Below, piece after piece: positions 11,258 through 21,582 of a DNA stretch of 64,000 bases. Location: positions 64,001 to 128,000 of the IMG/VR virus record IMGVR_UViG_3300035490_000050; one strand, given 5' to 3'. Numbering within the stretch: position 1 is the stretch's first letter; each line of letters starts with the position of its first letter. Under the pieces are notes generated by a model. The model did no database searches. It worked only from the letters and a program-made list of their open reading frames with translations, and was not told the DNA's origin. The position numbers and the translations under genes were made by a program. The DNA comes from a virus.

Positions 11258-11552
11258 ATTCCAAGCCCTCGAAGCAGTTGCCTACAAAGGTAAAGGAACG
11301 CTCGTGGAATGTCAAGTATATTATTGCCATTTCTTTTCCTCTCCCTCTACCTGCGTATTCGGCCAGCGTTTCCTTGCTTCTTCGATGGGCATTTCCTGTG
11401 TGAACTCAATCATGCTAGGCAAATCCTGCGGAAGAGGATCAAGAACTTGAAACTCAATCTTTCCCTCGGCGAACATAGTCCTGTGCGCGAACAGGAGGCT
11501 GTACAGTGCCAACTCCTCTTGCGTTGGAGGAGGAACGCGATGAATCGACCCA

Positions 11553-12017
11553 TCACTCCATTGGTAAAGCATATCTTTTCTCCTTAAACTCAAGCGCGTC
11601 AAGATAGTCCTTGCGCTGAGGGCATCGACACTCTTCCACTGCACCGAAAGGCATACCGGGAACTATGTGAATGTGAATCATACAGAATGGATGCGTTCCA
11701 ACGGTACGGTGTGCTTCAATCTCGTTCTTGTAGGGAGCAAAATTAGGACGCATAGCCTCCCATGTTTCAGGACTCATATCCGCTCCGTTTTGATATTTGA
11801 GCGGCTCAGGAAACTGCTTGTCGAAATCCTCTTTCATCTTGAGAAGTCCGCTAAGAGTAATAGGTTGAGTCTCTATTGGAGATGGATGGTACGGAGCGTT
11901 GTTGATCGGAGTGCCATTAAACATCCCTGTTACGGCATCCTGAGAGGCAAAGAACTCTTCCATCTCCTCTGGCGACCACTCTCTTTCACTTGGCGGATTC
12001 TGGTTTGCGTCCATCAT
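11553..12017 (-). CDS. Hypothetical phage protein
   Basis: GGAGG RBS; part of tightly packed leftward gene string. Confidence 0.6.
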   Translation of the reverse strand: MMDANQNPPSEREWSPEEMEEFFASQDAVTGMFNGTPINNAPYHPSPIETQPITLSGLLKMKEDFDKQFPEPLKYQNGADMSPETWEAMRPNFAPYKNEIEAHRTVGTHPFCMIHIHIVPGMPFGAVEECRCPQRKDYLDALEFKEKRYALPME

Positions 12018-12350
12018 TAGCCTCCAACATTAAATCGTCTGCTCTTCCACAACCGGGAAAACCAAAGTAGCACCTTCCCATATCCTTTTTTGGTAATCCG
12101 CAGTAAATACAATCCAAATCACTCTTGGCCAGTATGCCACGGAGCTTATCGTTCTCATCTTTGAAACGCGCTAGGATTTTCTCGTGGTCGCTAGTCCACA
12201 TCATCGAACCGTTAGGCTCATCGGCGCTGTCTACGAGAGCCTGCAACCTATCGGCCTTAGCTTTCGTGCAGGACATGCATAGGTCACCTTCTTCGAACTC
12301 GTAGCCGTCAGGAACGTGGACGGAAACGTTGCAGTTGGCGCACTCGCTCA

Positions 12351-12773
12351 TCAGTATTCTCCGATCATCGTGCCGCAACGCTTGCAATGAATGGAACCAC
12401 GCTCTTTCGTCGGCCTTCCCTCAAGCCATTTATCCCTGACCCAGTCGTTAAGTCCGCGTGCGGAGGACTCCATAAAGAACCGAGAAGGAGTACTGTAGTC
12501 CAGCGGCTCATTGAGCGCCGTCGCCACACCGCCATCTGGATAAAAGTCATGCGGTCCATCGTGAAACATTTGGAGACGACAAATTCCTCCCGGTCCTGGA
12601 TTCTGGCATACGGGTATGGAGCGTTTGCGGTTCTCCTCTATCTGCACTTTAATGTTGTCCCAATAAGGATCGTCATCATAGACGCCCTTCCACGGAACAA
12701 ACAGCGGTATCCGTACACCGTCTTGGTGCCCCTTGAATCGGCAGACAAAGTTGCGCATGAACCATTTTTTCAT
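12351..12773 (-). CDS. Hypothetical phage protein (Cys/His motifs)
   Basis: CRFKGH..CKRCG. Confidence 0.55.
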   Translation of the reverse strand: MKKWFMRNFVCRFKGHQDGVRIPLFVPWKGVYDDDPYWDNIKVQIEENRKRSIPVCQNPGPGGICRLQMFHDGPHDFYPDGGVATALNEPLDYSTPSRFFMESSARGLNDWVRDKWLEGRPTKERGSIHCKRCGTMIGEY

Positions 12774-12939
12774 TCAGTCCCTCTGATCGCCTTCTCGATA
12801 CGTTCGGTGTAGTAATGGCGAAACACCTTTGTTAAGCAATACGCCGCTTCTGCGTAATCAAGCGTTCTGGATTCATAAATAACATCCTTAAATAGTGCAT
12901 CAAATACTCGCGCTGCCGCTTGTTTGATTTCGTCTTCGC

Positions 12940-13356
12940 TCATGGCTTTTCCACCTTACAGTCTTTGAGAGGCTTTCCTGGTATCCACTTATAGCGTCCA
13001 GCCTCAACACGTTCTCCAGTAAGACCGTCCGCCAGTTTCTCCGCTTCTGCATCGGAGAGGTCGAATACGGTTATAGGCATGGTTCTCAGTAACTCACCCC
13101 GAAGCCGATTAGACTCGTTCAACATGCGCTCCATCTCCCCGTACAGGATTTCTCCAAACACCCAAAGCATAGCGCGTAGTTCTTCATCGTTTGCAGGGAG
13201 TTCATCGTTTATCCATGACGCGAAGGCATCAGCAGTCATGCGGATAGGATGCATCTCAATGTGCATCATCTCGTTTGCTTTCCTTGGAACATCAGGCTTC
13301 TTCGGCATGATCTCCGCAAGTCTTTTCATCAGGGGTGAGCGATGGTCAGGCATCAT
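12940..13356 (-). CDS. Hypothetical phage protein
   Basis: Coupled ORF with GGAGGA RBS. Confidence 0.55.
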   Translation of the reverse strand: MMPDHRSPLMKRLAEIMPKKPDVPRKANEMMHIEMHPIRMTADAFASWINDELPANDEELRAMLWVFGEILYGEMERMLNESNRLRGELLRTMPITVFDLSDAEAEKLADGLTGERVEAGRYKWIPGKPLKDCKVEKP

Positions 13357-13700
13357 TTCTCCTCCAACGGGTACTCACCCGGCATAGCAAGTTGCAACCC
13401 CACTGGCATCATCGAGTGATGATGTGGTTGAGAGAGGATAAGGTCAGCACCTTTCGCTATTGACTCACGCTCACTGTCTGAAAATCGGAAGCGTGTAAAA
13501 GAAACAGGATTAGGAGAATCGCAATCTCTATGGTCTGGCGACTCGCACCAAATTCTCGCCACGATGATAGGATAATATTCCTCTTGGCCAAGAGCGATAA
13601 CCTGCTCGGCTTCAACTTCGCGTTCAGTGAGAACTGGAGATATAGAATTCATTGTTTCCTCCCCCGTAAGCATCGTCTCACAAGCAAGCATAATATGCAA
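13353..13700 (-). CDS. Hypothetical phage protein
   Basis: Coupled ORF. Confidence 0.5.
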   Translation of the reverse strand: MHIMLACETMLTGEETMNSISPVLTEREVEAEQVIALGQEEYYPIIVARIWCESPDHRDCDSPNPVSFTRFRFSDSERESIAKGADLILSQPHHHSMMPVGLQLAMPGEYPLEEK

Positions 13701-13945
13701 GCATTAGTTCGGTTTTATTTCAACAATAGGAGATGTTTGGTGATCTATCTCTTTGTTAACCCACTCGAACACATCCCATTCTGAAACATTGAAAGCCTTT
13801 GCCACATGGCGCACAATATCTGCGATCACGATTCCGTACTCTTCGTATCGCATATTGTCGCTGTGAATGTGCGTCTCTATGTCGCCGTCACCATTCTTAA
13901 AGACGACCAAGAGAGGATTTTCAATCGGGATGATCTTCTCCATCG

Positions 13946-14683
13946 CTATACTCCTTTCGCATCGACTCCAAAGTTCTTCTCGTCAAACTGCTCATTGTAT
14001 TCTTTACTCCCAATAAAAAATCCCCATTTGTCTCTAAATGTCAATCTATCAGCGTCGGCTTGCATTTCAATTTCCTTCTTCTCTCTTGGTGGTGCATTCT
14101 TGATTGTAGAGCTACCATAGTGGAAGAAAGGTACTTGGGCATGATTCAACCGTATCCCTTTCCTATGCGCTCTAACATGGAGGTCGCAATCCGAAGCGTA
14201 ATTTATCATGGTTTCGTCCAGTCCCCCAAACTTATTCCATGCTTCCTTGCGCCATAGGAGACAAGAGAAGTCTGGATTCGGATTGATAGGCTGGACAGGA
14301 AAAGGCTTTTCTAAGTCTTCCATCGTTACTCTGTGACCGTCAATGTCCTGCACACCTGAGACGACAGGAAGATTGAGTTCAAGCAGTAGACGATAGTAGG
14401 ACGGCGGCATGATCGTGTCTGATCCGGGGCATAGGCAATAGTCGGCGCTCATTGCATCGAACACCCACTTCAAGCCGACATTGATTCCATGGCTAAATCC
14501 AGTGTTGGTTTGTAACCTCATACATGGAATATCTTCCACGCATGAAAAATACACCACGGTATCATCACTGCTCCCATTGTCAACGATGAATATGGAAACA
14601 GGTATATCCTGCTTGCGCAAGGACTCGACACATTGTTTTGTAAGGTCCAGATTATCGTGCGTGAGTATGAGTACAGGATTCAT
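13946..14683 (-). CDS. Glycosyltransferase family 2
   Basis: ILTHD..IFIVDNGSSD..GFSHGINVG..GGLDE..DCDL; start re-called at MNPVL. Confidence 0.9.
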   Translation of the reverse strand: MNPVLILTHDNLDLTKQCVESLRKQDIPVSIFIVDNGSSDDTVVYFSCVEDIPCMRLQTNTGFSHGINVGLKWVFDAMSADYCLCPGSDTIMPPSYYRLLLELNLPVVSGVQDIDGHRVTMEDLEKPFPVQPINPNPDFSCLLWRKEAWNKFGGLDETMINYASDCDLHVRAHRKGIRLNHAQVPFFHYGSSTIKNAPPREKKEIEMQADADRLTFRDKWGFFIGSKEYNEQFDEKNFGVDAKGV

Positions 14684-14687
14684 AATG

Positions 14688-15344
14688 TCACCATTTCTTT
14701 CTGTCTGGATGAAGTTTGTCATAGGCAGAACTAGTAATTGCTCTGCAAATCTTACATGTTCTTCCGCCATGTCTTTTGTCAATATACACATTATCATCTG
14801 ATAAAACATGACCACGCTTGCAATGAGTTCTCTTTCTACGGTTGATAACCTGTTCATGAGGTGTAGCCCAACGAACATTACCCGGTTCATAATTTCCGTT
14901 TGTGTCGGGATAGCGGTCAATGCTCATCGTGAAATCAGGTCGCGGTCCCATATAGTCAAAAAATTCTTCAAAGGAATTTTCCCATTCTCGGCAAACGCGA
15001 ATTCCTCTCCCTCCGTACAGGTTATAATCTTTGAACTTTGGGTTGTTGCAGCGAGTTTTCATCGCAGCCCAAATTCTATATTCGGCAGTTGTAGCGAGAA
15101 CGCGAGATTGGCCATGTGTAGTCGTCCTAGCGATGGTGTTTTCATCTCGTAGGCATCCGCAACTGCGAGAATTTCCATGTGTCAAATGATATGTATTTAC
15201 TCTTGTCTCTTTTCCGCACATGCATTTGCATATCCAGATTGTTTTCTTGTCTTTTTGGTCTTTGAAATACGACATAACAGTTAAGCGTCCGAACACTTGG
15301 CCGATAAGATTGATTGGTGGTACAGTTGCTTGTGGGGTTGTCAT
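14688..15344 (-). CDS. Phage HNH-type homing endonuclease-like protein
   Basis: GQVFGRLTV..CKCMCG..SCGC..YGGRGI..SIDR..GNYEPGNVRWAT and C-terminal HCKRGH..CKIC. Confidence 0.85.
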   Translation of the reverse strand: MTTPQATVPPINLIGQVFGRLTVMSYFKDQKDKKTIWICKCMCGKETRVNTYHLTHGNSRSCGCLRDENTIARTTTHGQSRVLATTAEYRIWAAMKTRCNNPKFKDYNLYGGRGIRVCREWENSFEEFFDYMGPRPDFTMSIDRYPDTNGNYEPGNVRWATPHEQVINRRKRTHCKRGHVLSDDNVYIDKRHGGRTCKICRAITSSAYDKLHPDRKKW

Positions 15345-15404
15345 TCGTCCTCCTGTGACGATAGGTGAGAGCCGGGGTTCCAGCCCCGACAACCCCATTA
15401 TACA

Positions 15405-16031
15405 TCAACTGTGGACAACCATACACTGAGTAAATCGCCCATGTTTGATACCTTTGGCTACTAACTCGTTGATTAGTATACCATCACTTACGCCATACAT
15501 ATCTACTTTATGTGGCCACTCTTCAGGAAACCAATCCCGCCGAATCAGGTACGCCGTTTTGTCGCAACGACACGCTTCAGGGTATGCGTCGAAGTAGAAA
15601 TACGGCATGTCTGGACGCCCCTGTACAAAATTGCAAATCACTAGTTCAAAGTTTCCTTCCTCCGCAAATGGGATCACTCTTTCGGCAAAGTATTTTGCGT
15701 ATATTGAATCGCAATTTGGGAACATTAGATATTTTCCCGTCGTCATCTTTACGCCGATCTCTGCTGCATCGTAAAGTGAGGGGATGCCAACTCGCGGGAA
15801 GTTCGTTAATGCGTTGTCATGAGTCCACTCATAACGAATGCGCGGGTCCATTCGACACAGCAATTCAATCTTTGCTCTGCACATAGGATCGTCACTGTTA
15901 TCGGTGACGATGGCTTCCCAGTCCGTGAACGTTTGGTCGATAATAGACGAAAGGCAGGTTCGCATACTGTTTGGGCGATTGAAACTTCCGATAATCCACG
16001 ACAGCAGAGGTTCACTCATAACTCTCCCCAT
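15405..16031 (-). CDS. Glycosyltransferase family 2
   Basis: SFNRP..SIIDQTFTDWEAIVTDN. Confidence 0.85.
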   Translation of the reverse strand: MGRVMSEPLLSWIIGSFNRPNSMRTCLSSIIDQTFTDWEAIVTDNSDDPMCRAKIELLCRMDPRIRYEWTHDNALTNFPRVGIPSLYDAAEIGVKMTTGKYLMFPNCDSIYAKYFAERVIPFAEEGNFELVICNFVQGRPDMPYFYFDAYPEACRCDKTAYLIRRDWFPEEWPHKVDMYGVSDGILINELVAKGIKHGRFTQCMVVHS

Positions 16032-16693
16032 TCTCTACCGATATTCCTAACGGTAGGTTCTGACTTTTTGCGTTCATATACTGACTGGTTGGCATACAGT
16101 TCGTAAACCGCTGGCGGATGCCATTGATGATGTACGAGAATATCGGTGAAGATAAACTCTACTCCTTCGCGCCGAAGTCGATCTGCAAAATCATCGTCTT
16201 CCCATCCCGCTCCGATAAAGTCTTCATCGAATCCCCGCAGCCGTTCAAACCACTCACGCTTGATCGCTCCGCAGAAAAAGTAGGGACGAGGACGGTCGAT
16301 TCCACAATAGAGTTCACGTTCTGTTCCGTCCTCATTCAAGGCAATCACTCTGGCAAACACGGCGTTTGTAGGCGTCACGAGCGCAGTAAGTTTCTCAATA
16401 GTCTGCGAGTCAATATGCTTGCACTCTGCGTTTTGGAGAATGATAATATCTCCTATCGCCTGCCGCAGACCGCAATTCAACGGTCTCGCTGAATTACGTC
16501 GAGCGGTAGGATCGGGGCGAGAAGGATGACAATATCTCACCCCATACTCTTCGCAAATCACTGGAGTCTCATCGTCTGCGCCATCGTCTACCACGATGAT
16601 TTCGTAGTCTTTGAAACTCTGGAGACGAATTGACTCAAGTGTATTCCTTAGTTGATGAGGACGATTGTAAGATGTCATTACTATTGAAAGCAT
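16016..16693 (-). CDS. Glycosyltransferase family 2 (GT7C-like C-terminus)
   Basis: SIVMTSYNR..IIVVDDG..GFDEDFIGAGWEDDDF..HQWH. Confidence 0.9.
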   Translation of the reverse strand: MLSIVMTSYNRPHQLRNTLESIRLQSFKDYEIIVVDDGADDETPVICEEYGVRYCHPSRPDPTARRNSARPLNCGLRQAIGDIIILQNAECKHIDSQTIEKLTALVTPTNAVFARVIALNEDGTERELYCGIDRPRPYFFCGAIKREWFERLRGFDEDFIGAGWEDDDFADRLRREGVEFIFTDILVHHQWHPPAVYELYANQSVYERKKSEPTVRNIGREWGEL

Positions 16694-17190
16694 CACCTTT
16701 TCCTCCAAAGTAGAGCCGTCCATGGAACTTGGCGGTCATCGACTAAAATCAGTGTAAGACCAGCAGATGCATCCTGATATTCTGTCCTCTCAAAGTCATG
16801 CGCCACAACTAAAGAGCGTCCTATGTGTGAAGCTACCCATTTCAGGGTATCGCAGCGCCTATCCAGAGATAAACTATTGTCAACAAAAATCAAGTCAAAA
16901 GCATCTAAGGACACATCTTCAAGAAACAGTTCGATAGGTTCAGGACAGATCACTATCTTATGGCGCGGATCGTCCTCGGCAATTACCCACTTTCTGTCCT
17001 GCTCTACGGTTACAAGTTCTCCAAGGTTGGGATAGTATCTACGGCTTAGAAATGTGCGCGTAGAGAACTCTCCCGCGCCAAGCTCAAGAACGCTTGTGAT
17101 GCCAGGACCAATGAGACGCAGCAGGTTCAAATGCGTAGCGAATATGTCTGACTGCGGCTCGTATTCAGAGATCGCCTGTGAAAAGTTCAT
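16693..17190 (-). CDS. Class I SAM-dependent methyltransferase-like protein
   Basis: VLELGAGEFST..FDLIFVD..VVAHD. Confidence 0.7.
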   Translation of the reverse strand: MNFSQAISEYEPQSDIFATHLNLLRLIGPGITSVLELGAGEFSTRTFLSRRYYPNLGELVTVEQDRKWVIAEDDPRHKIVICPEPIELFLEDVSLDAFDLIFVDNSLSLDRRCDTLKWVASHIGRSLVVAHDFERTEYQDASAGLTLILVDDRQVPWTALLWRKR

Positions 17191-18269
17191 AGTTGTCTCG
17201 TCGCTTTCAATGCGGCGGCTACCACCTGATCCATATTCAGGTACTTGTACTGTGCCAGCCTTCCAATGAATATAACATCCTTTTCTTTTGCTGCCAACTG
17301 ACGGTACTGGGCAGCAAGAGCCTCGTTTGCTGCGGTGGGAATAGGATAGTACGGTTCTCCTTCGGCTTCTGGGTATTCCCACACAATCGAAGTTCCATCC
17401 ACCCTTTGCCCGGTCAAATGCTTGAACTCTGTGATACGAGTATAAGGGAAATCATTGGGATAGTTGACTGTCCCGACTGGCTGTAATTGGCTTATGAAAA
17501 GATAGTCATGCTCGAAGCGGAGGGAACGATACGGAAGAGAGCCAAGGCAGGAACCGAAGTAGGCATCTAATGATCCAGTGTAGACCGTAAAGTGAGCGGA
17601 GAAGGAATCTCTTTTCTTGAAGTAATCTGTTTCCAGTTCTATGCGGATATTCTTATGGTCCAGTATCCTTTCAAACATCTTCGTGTATCCGTTTCCCGGC
17701 ATGAACTGAATGGCGTCCGTAAAATAGCGGTCGTCATAGTTGGTACGAACTGGAATCCGTCCTGTCACTCCTGGACTTAATTCCGATAGTTCTAACCCCC
17801 ATTGTTTACGAGTATAGTTGCGATAGAACTTGTCACAAAGGTCGTGACCGACACTGGCAAGCACAGCATCCTCACTGGATTCGATACGATCCTTGGGAAC
17901 GCGGACGCGGCTCAGGAATTCTCCTGCTTCGCAAGTGCTCATAGATAGATCATAAACCTGATTCAAAGTATCGCAGTTTATTGGGAAAGGAACCAACTTG
18001 CCGTCTATTTGAGAAAGAACGCGATGCTGATAAGCGTGCCAGTCTGTGAATCGGGAAAGGTAGGCAAAGACTGCTTGGCTGTTTGTATGGAAGATGTGAG
18101 GGCCGTAGCGATGAACTAATACGCCATGAGCATCATACTCATCGTAGGCGTTTCCTCCAAGATGATCTCGCTTGTCGATGATGAGGATGGAGTGTCCTGC
18201 GGAGGCTAAACGCTCTGCGACAACACACCCAGCAAATCCAGCACCGACGACTAATACGTTCATCGTCAC
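17187..18269 (-). CDS. glf: UDP-galactopyranose mutase
   Basis: VVGAGFAG, GGNAYD, HRYGPHIFHT, YTRKQWG, LPYRSL, TRITEFKH, EPYYP, GRLAQYKY. Confidence 0.97.
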   Translation of the reverse strand: MTMNVLVVGAGFAGCVVAERLASAGHSILIIDKRDHLGGNAYDEYDAHGVLVHRYGPHIFHTNSQAVFAYLSRFTDWHAYQHRVLSQIDGKLVPFPINCDTLNQVYDLSMSTCEAGEFLSRVRVPKDRIESSEDAVLASVGHDLCDKFYRNYTRKQWGLELSELSPGVTGRIPVRTNYDDRYFTDAIQFMPGNGYTKMFERILDHKNIRIELETDYFKKRDSFSAHFTVYTGSLDAYFGSCLGSLPYRSLRFEHDYLFISQLQPVGTVNYPNDFPYTRITEFKHLTGQRVDGTSIVWEYPEAEGEPYYPIPTAANEALAAQYRQLAAKEKDVIFIGRLAQYKYLNMDQVVAAALKATRQL

Positions 18270-18988
18270 AATCCTCTAATCCTATGCGCTTCAAACATAT
18301 CCTTTGGCATGAACGGCTCAGGAGAGAACCCTAAATGGCTTGTGATTGCATTGTTTCCTGATTGTGGTCCAGTCAAGAAATAGTGAGGCGTATTGACGAT
18401 GTATCTCCAATCTACATGAAGACGAATACCTTTGTCTCGCAACCTGTCTCCAACCCAAACATCGTCCCACGGTATAGCAACTGGCGCGTCAAGAAGGAAT
18501 TCAAACGCCTTTCGGCTGATCCAGTAACCTGCGCCTCCAGAGGCATACTCCAGATCGTCTCGGTAGAAGGGTGTGCCGATGTAGTCGAACTCTTGAAACC
18601 CGCTCTCCAGTAACCGAGGAACATCAACATAGGTGTCGGTATCAACTTTGAATACATAATCGTATCCGCGCTCCCATGCCCACCGAAAGATTTCTCTTAC
18701 CTTAAAAGGCAAATGTTTGAAGTCGTAGGGAACAGGAAGCAGGACTTCATCGTTTTTCGGGATGTACGATGTGAGAACGCTTTCGGAAGGTTTGTCCCTG
18801 TAGTTCCAAGGGCGATTATTCCATTCAACGTCGATAAGATCGTCATTCTCATGGACAGGTGTTCCGTCGCCCATAAAGAAACGGTAGTCTAAACCGTCCG
18901 CCTTTGTGAGCCAAGTGTCGCGGGAAGACTGATGATCTCCATTTTCCGCACTTGGAGGCCAACTAGCGATTGCGAGTAGAACTTTCAT
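18266..18988 (-). CDS. GT31/Fringe-like glycosyltransferase
   Basis: YDYVFKVDTDTYV, YASGGAGYWISR, DDVWVG. Confidence 0.85.
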   Translation of the reverse strand: MKVLLAIASWPPSAENGDHQSSRDTWLTKADGLDYRFFMGDGTPVHENDDLIDVEWNNRPWNYRDKPSESVLTSYIPKNDEVLLPVPYDFKHLPFKVREIFRWAWERGYDYVFKVDTDTYVDVPRLLESGFQEFDYIGTPFYRDDLEYASGGAGYWISRKAFEFLLDAPVAIPWDDVWVGDRLRDKGIRLHVDWRYIVNTPHYFLTGPQSGNNAITSHLGFSPEPFMPKDMFEAHRIRGL

Positions 18989-19809
18989 TCCGAATACTTC
19001 CTTTGAATAGCTTCGGCAAGAGATACATCACGGTCGTACTGATGCAAGATAGGAAACACGACATCGCTTCCTGGGGTATAAACCACAGCGTTTTCCTTAT
19101 CGAAAATAGGCCATACATCGTTAACCCACGGCTTCCATACGGCCTCGTAGCAGGACAGATACCATGAGCAGGTTGCAATGAAACCAGAACTCATATTGAC
19201 TTCGCGGGTAACTTCCTTGAGTGGAGGAATTCTGAGCAGGTAATTAAAGTATGCCTGATCGTATCCCCATCCTGAAATCTTCGCTGCGAACTCACACATC
19301 TTTTCTACTACATAGCTCACAGCTTTTATGGTTCCCACGATAGTGCCGCAGCAGAGAACGTCATACTCACCTAGCCAATCGAGAACCTCCTGTCCCAATG
19401 TATTCCGAATCCACTCAGAGTTTGTCGGTTGATGTTTGATGAGCATACACTCTGACGGTCCTATGATCTCCGCAGGAGAAAGGTTATTTTCTAACCAGAG
19501 TGACGGATCGGATTGAAACACAGCGTCTCTCACATCTACATAAAGTACATACCTGTACCGTTCGATATTATCTTTCAAAAAGTCTCTGACTGGGATATGT
19601 CGTGCTGTGGCGTAGGACTGTGAAGGATCGGCCACAACCTCGATCAAGGTCCAGCCTTTGCTCCTGAGCCTATCCTGAGCGTCCTGTGTGACGTTCTGCA
19701 TGAACATCACCTTGTCGCCAGAGAATCCGGACCTCTCAACTGAGACGATAAAAGCCATGATTTCCGGCCAGCCATAGTTTGCGACTGTCGTTACGATCAC
19801 ATCTTGCAT
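18985..19809 (-). CDS. Putative GT-A glycosyltransferase
   Basis: YVDVRDAVFQSDP, DQAYFN, ILHQYDR. Confidence 0.75.
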   Translation of the reverse strand: MQDVIVTTVANYGWPEIMAFIVSVERSGFSGDKVMFMQNVTQDAQDRLRSKGWTLIEVVADPSQSYATARHIPVRDFLKDNIERYRYVLYVDVRDAVFQSDPSLWLENNLSPAEIIGPSECMLIKHQPTNSEWIRNTLGQEVLDWLGEYDVLCCGTIVGTIKAVSYVVEKMCEFAAKISGWGYDQAYFNYLLRIPPLKEVTREVNMSSGFIATCSWYLSCYEAVWKPWVNDVWPIFDKENAVVYTPGSDVVFPILHQYDRDVSLAEAIQRKYSE

Positions 19810-20576
19810 TCGAGTCTCCTTTTTAGTTCCGGAAGGAATCGTTGAATCTCCTTATCATCTACATCCCAACCCTGAATCTCATCAAAACACTTTTCTGGAC
19901 TTGGACCGCAAGCCACACAGGGTTTGCCAAGGAGTTGACGCTTGACCCACTCCTGCCGGGATTTGGAACCGTAGTGGTTGATGCGAAGAATGTCATGTTC
20001 ATGCGGTATGGAGTGAGGCCCAGACGTGATTCTTCCCGATGGAGTAAATGTTGAAGCGTTAGCACAGTGAGGGTCTTGAATAGTGAAATGTTTATCCATG
20101 CGGACGATAGGCTTGACATAGTGATTGGAGGGGATGTCGGCAGGCTTCCTCCATGTAAACCTTTCGATTACTGGAATGTCTTTCCATTCCTGTTCTCCAC
20201 TAGAGCCAAAGCACATCCAGTTTACCGCTATGGATTGCCAGTGTGCAGGAAAGGAATCGAGCGCCTCTATAACGGTATCGTATTTTGGTGAAAAAAGAAA
20301 TTCATCTATATCTATGAAGCCACACCACTCTGACATTCCAATATGACCTTCAATGTAGTTATTGTAAGCCTCTATCTGGCAGGGAGGCGGATAGGGCCAG
20401 TCTGTAACTTCCACTAACCCGCTATCGATGTATGGTTGAAGCACAGATTGCCAGTCATCCACGCTTCGATTCTGGTAAAGAAAGAACTTCTCACAGCCTT
20501 GAAGCGCATGGAATTGGACCCACTCGCGCAAGTATTTGGATTCATCACGAAAGATCGCGCAGATGGAGAGTTTCAT
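19797..20576 (-). CDS. GT92/DUF23-like glycosyltransferase
   Basis: LSICAIFRDE..LREWVQFH..FIDIDEF..INHY. Confidence 0.85.
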   Translation of the reverse strand: MKLSICAIFRDESKYLREWVQFHALQGCEKFFLYQNRSVDDWQSVLQPYIDSGLVEVTDWPYPPPCQIEAYNNYIEGHIGMSEWCGFIDIDEFLFSPKYDTVIEALDSFPAHWQSIAVNWMCFGSSGEQEWKDIPVIERFTWRKPADIPSNHYVKPIVRMDKHFTIQDPHCANASTFTPSGRITSGPHSIPHEHDILRINHYGSKSRQEWVKRQLLGKPCVACGPSPEKCFDEIQGWDVDDKEIQRFLPELKRRLECKM

Positions 20577-20908
20577 TCTCTCTCCAGATTTTCGATCTTG
20601 ACCACTTCCAGGTTATCTAGTCTGTTGTTAAGCACGTTCCCGTCTTTGTGCAGCACACCCTCTTTTGTCGTCAATTTGCGTCCAAGATGGTGGGCTACTA
20701 TTTCGTCTTCCATGTACACGATTTTGCCTTCCTCTACTCTCCAAGCGTGGCCAGGACGATTGTGCTCTGCTTCGGCGGCGTAACAAGCCATACATTCCCT
20801 GTAAATGTAATCATCATGACACACGTCGTTCATGTGCGAGACGTATGGATGGAACTTGTAGAAACGGCGTGGACGCTTGCGGATTGGACCTGAGTACGTG
20901 CGAACCAT
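20573..20908 (-). CDS. Small HNH-motif protein
   Basis: LGRKL..VLHKDGNVLNNRLDNL. Confidence 0.75.
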   Translation of the reverse strand: MVRTYSGPIRKRPRRFYKFHPYVSHMNDVCHDDYIYRECMACYAAEAEHNRPGHAWRVEEGKIVYMEDEIVAHHLGRKLTTKEGVLHKDGNVLNNRLDNLEVVKIENLERE

Positions 20909-21582
20909 GAGTACCTCCGAGAATCATTGTACTACCGTAGCCACCACCTTTTTTCCGATGGCTCCTTGTAGGGATAGGCGGCAGGATCGACAATCTCCCA
21001 ATCGTCAGCTTGCAGGTCTTCGGGACTGAATCTCCAGCATGACGAACGGAACCATTCACCGGGAGCAAGAGGATGATCTAGGTAGAGCATCCAATATTTA
21101 ATGCGCTCTTTTGGGTCACGTTCGTAGCGGTAGCCATCGAAAGAACCGTGGCGAACTATATCCTTGCCTTCCTGTAAGGCTTTAGCGGCTTCGATGATGT
21201 TCATTTTCCATCCTCAAATACTACGGTAGAAGTGCCATTCATTTCACGCTCCGCCAAAGCCAATGCCCCGGTTTCCGATTCGGTGTCAAGCAGAAAATCT
21301 GCTAGTTCACGGCTGTAAACTTTCTTCTCAAGAGGAAGATTAAGATGTACGTCGTCTACATAGGGAAGCAGGGTTGCTACCCGAAGACGCTCTTTTATTG
21401 TGTGTTCACTCATTTCGCCGCCTCATCCCATATATGCATGACAGAAATTCGATACCCGGTCCAGCGGAGCACACCGTCTTTTTCAAGTTCCTTCACAAAT
21501 CGCAAACGCAGAGCATTCTTTCCAAGCAACCACCATCCAATCTTCCGCCGGACCGAATCTACTAGTGATCGCAACTTGGTTA

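Larger units (their letters stand above)
8896..11328 (+). mobile_element. IS1595-family element with passenger genes
   Basis: 27-bp terminal inverted repeats GG(T/C)AATAATATACTTGACATTCCACGA at 8896-8922 and 11302-11328 (26/27 match); no target duplication seen. Confidence 0.9.

Noticed and set aside
14684-14920. N-terminal extension of the GT2 ORF
   Set aside because: Overlaps the HNH gene in another frame; GT similarity starts at MNPVL (14683)
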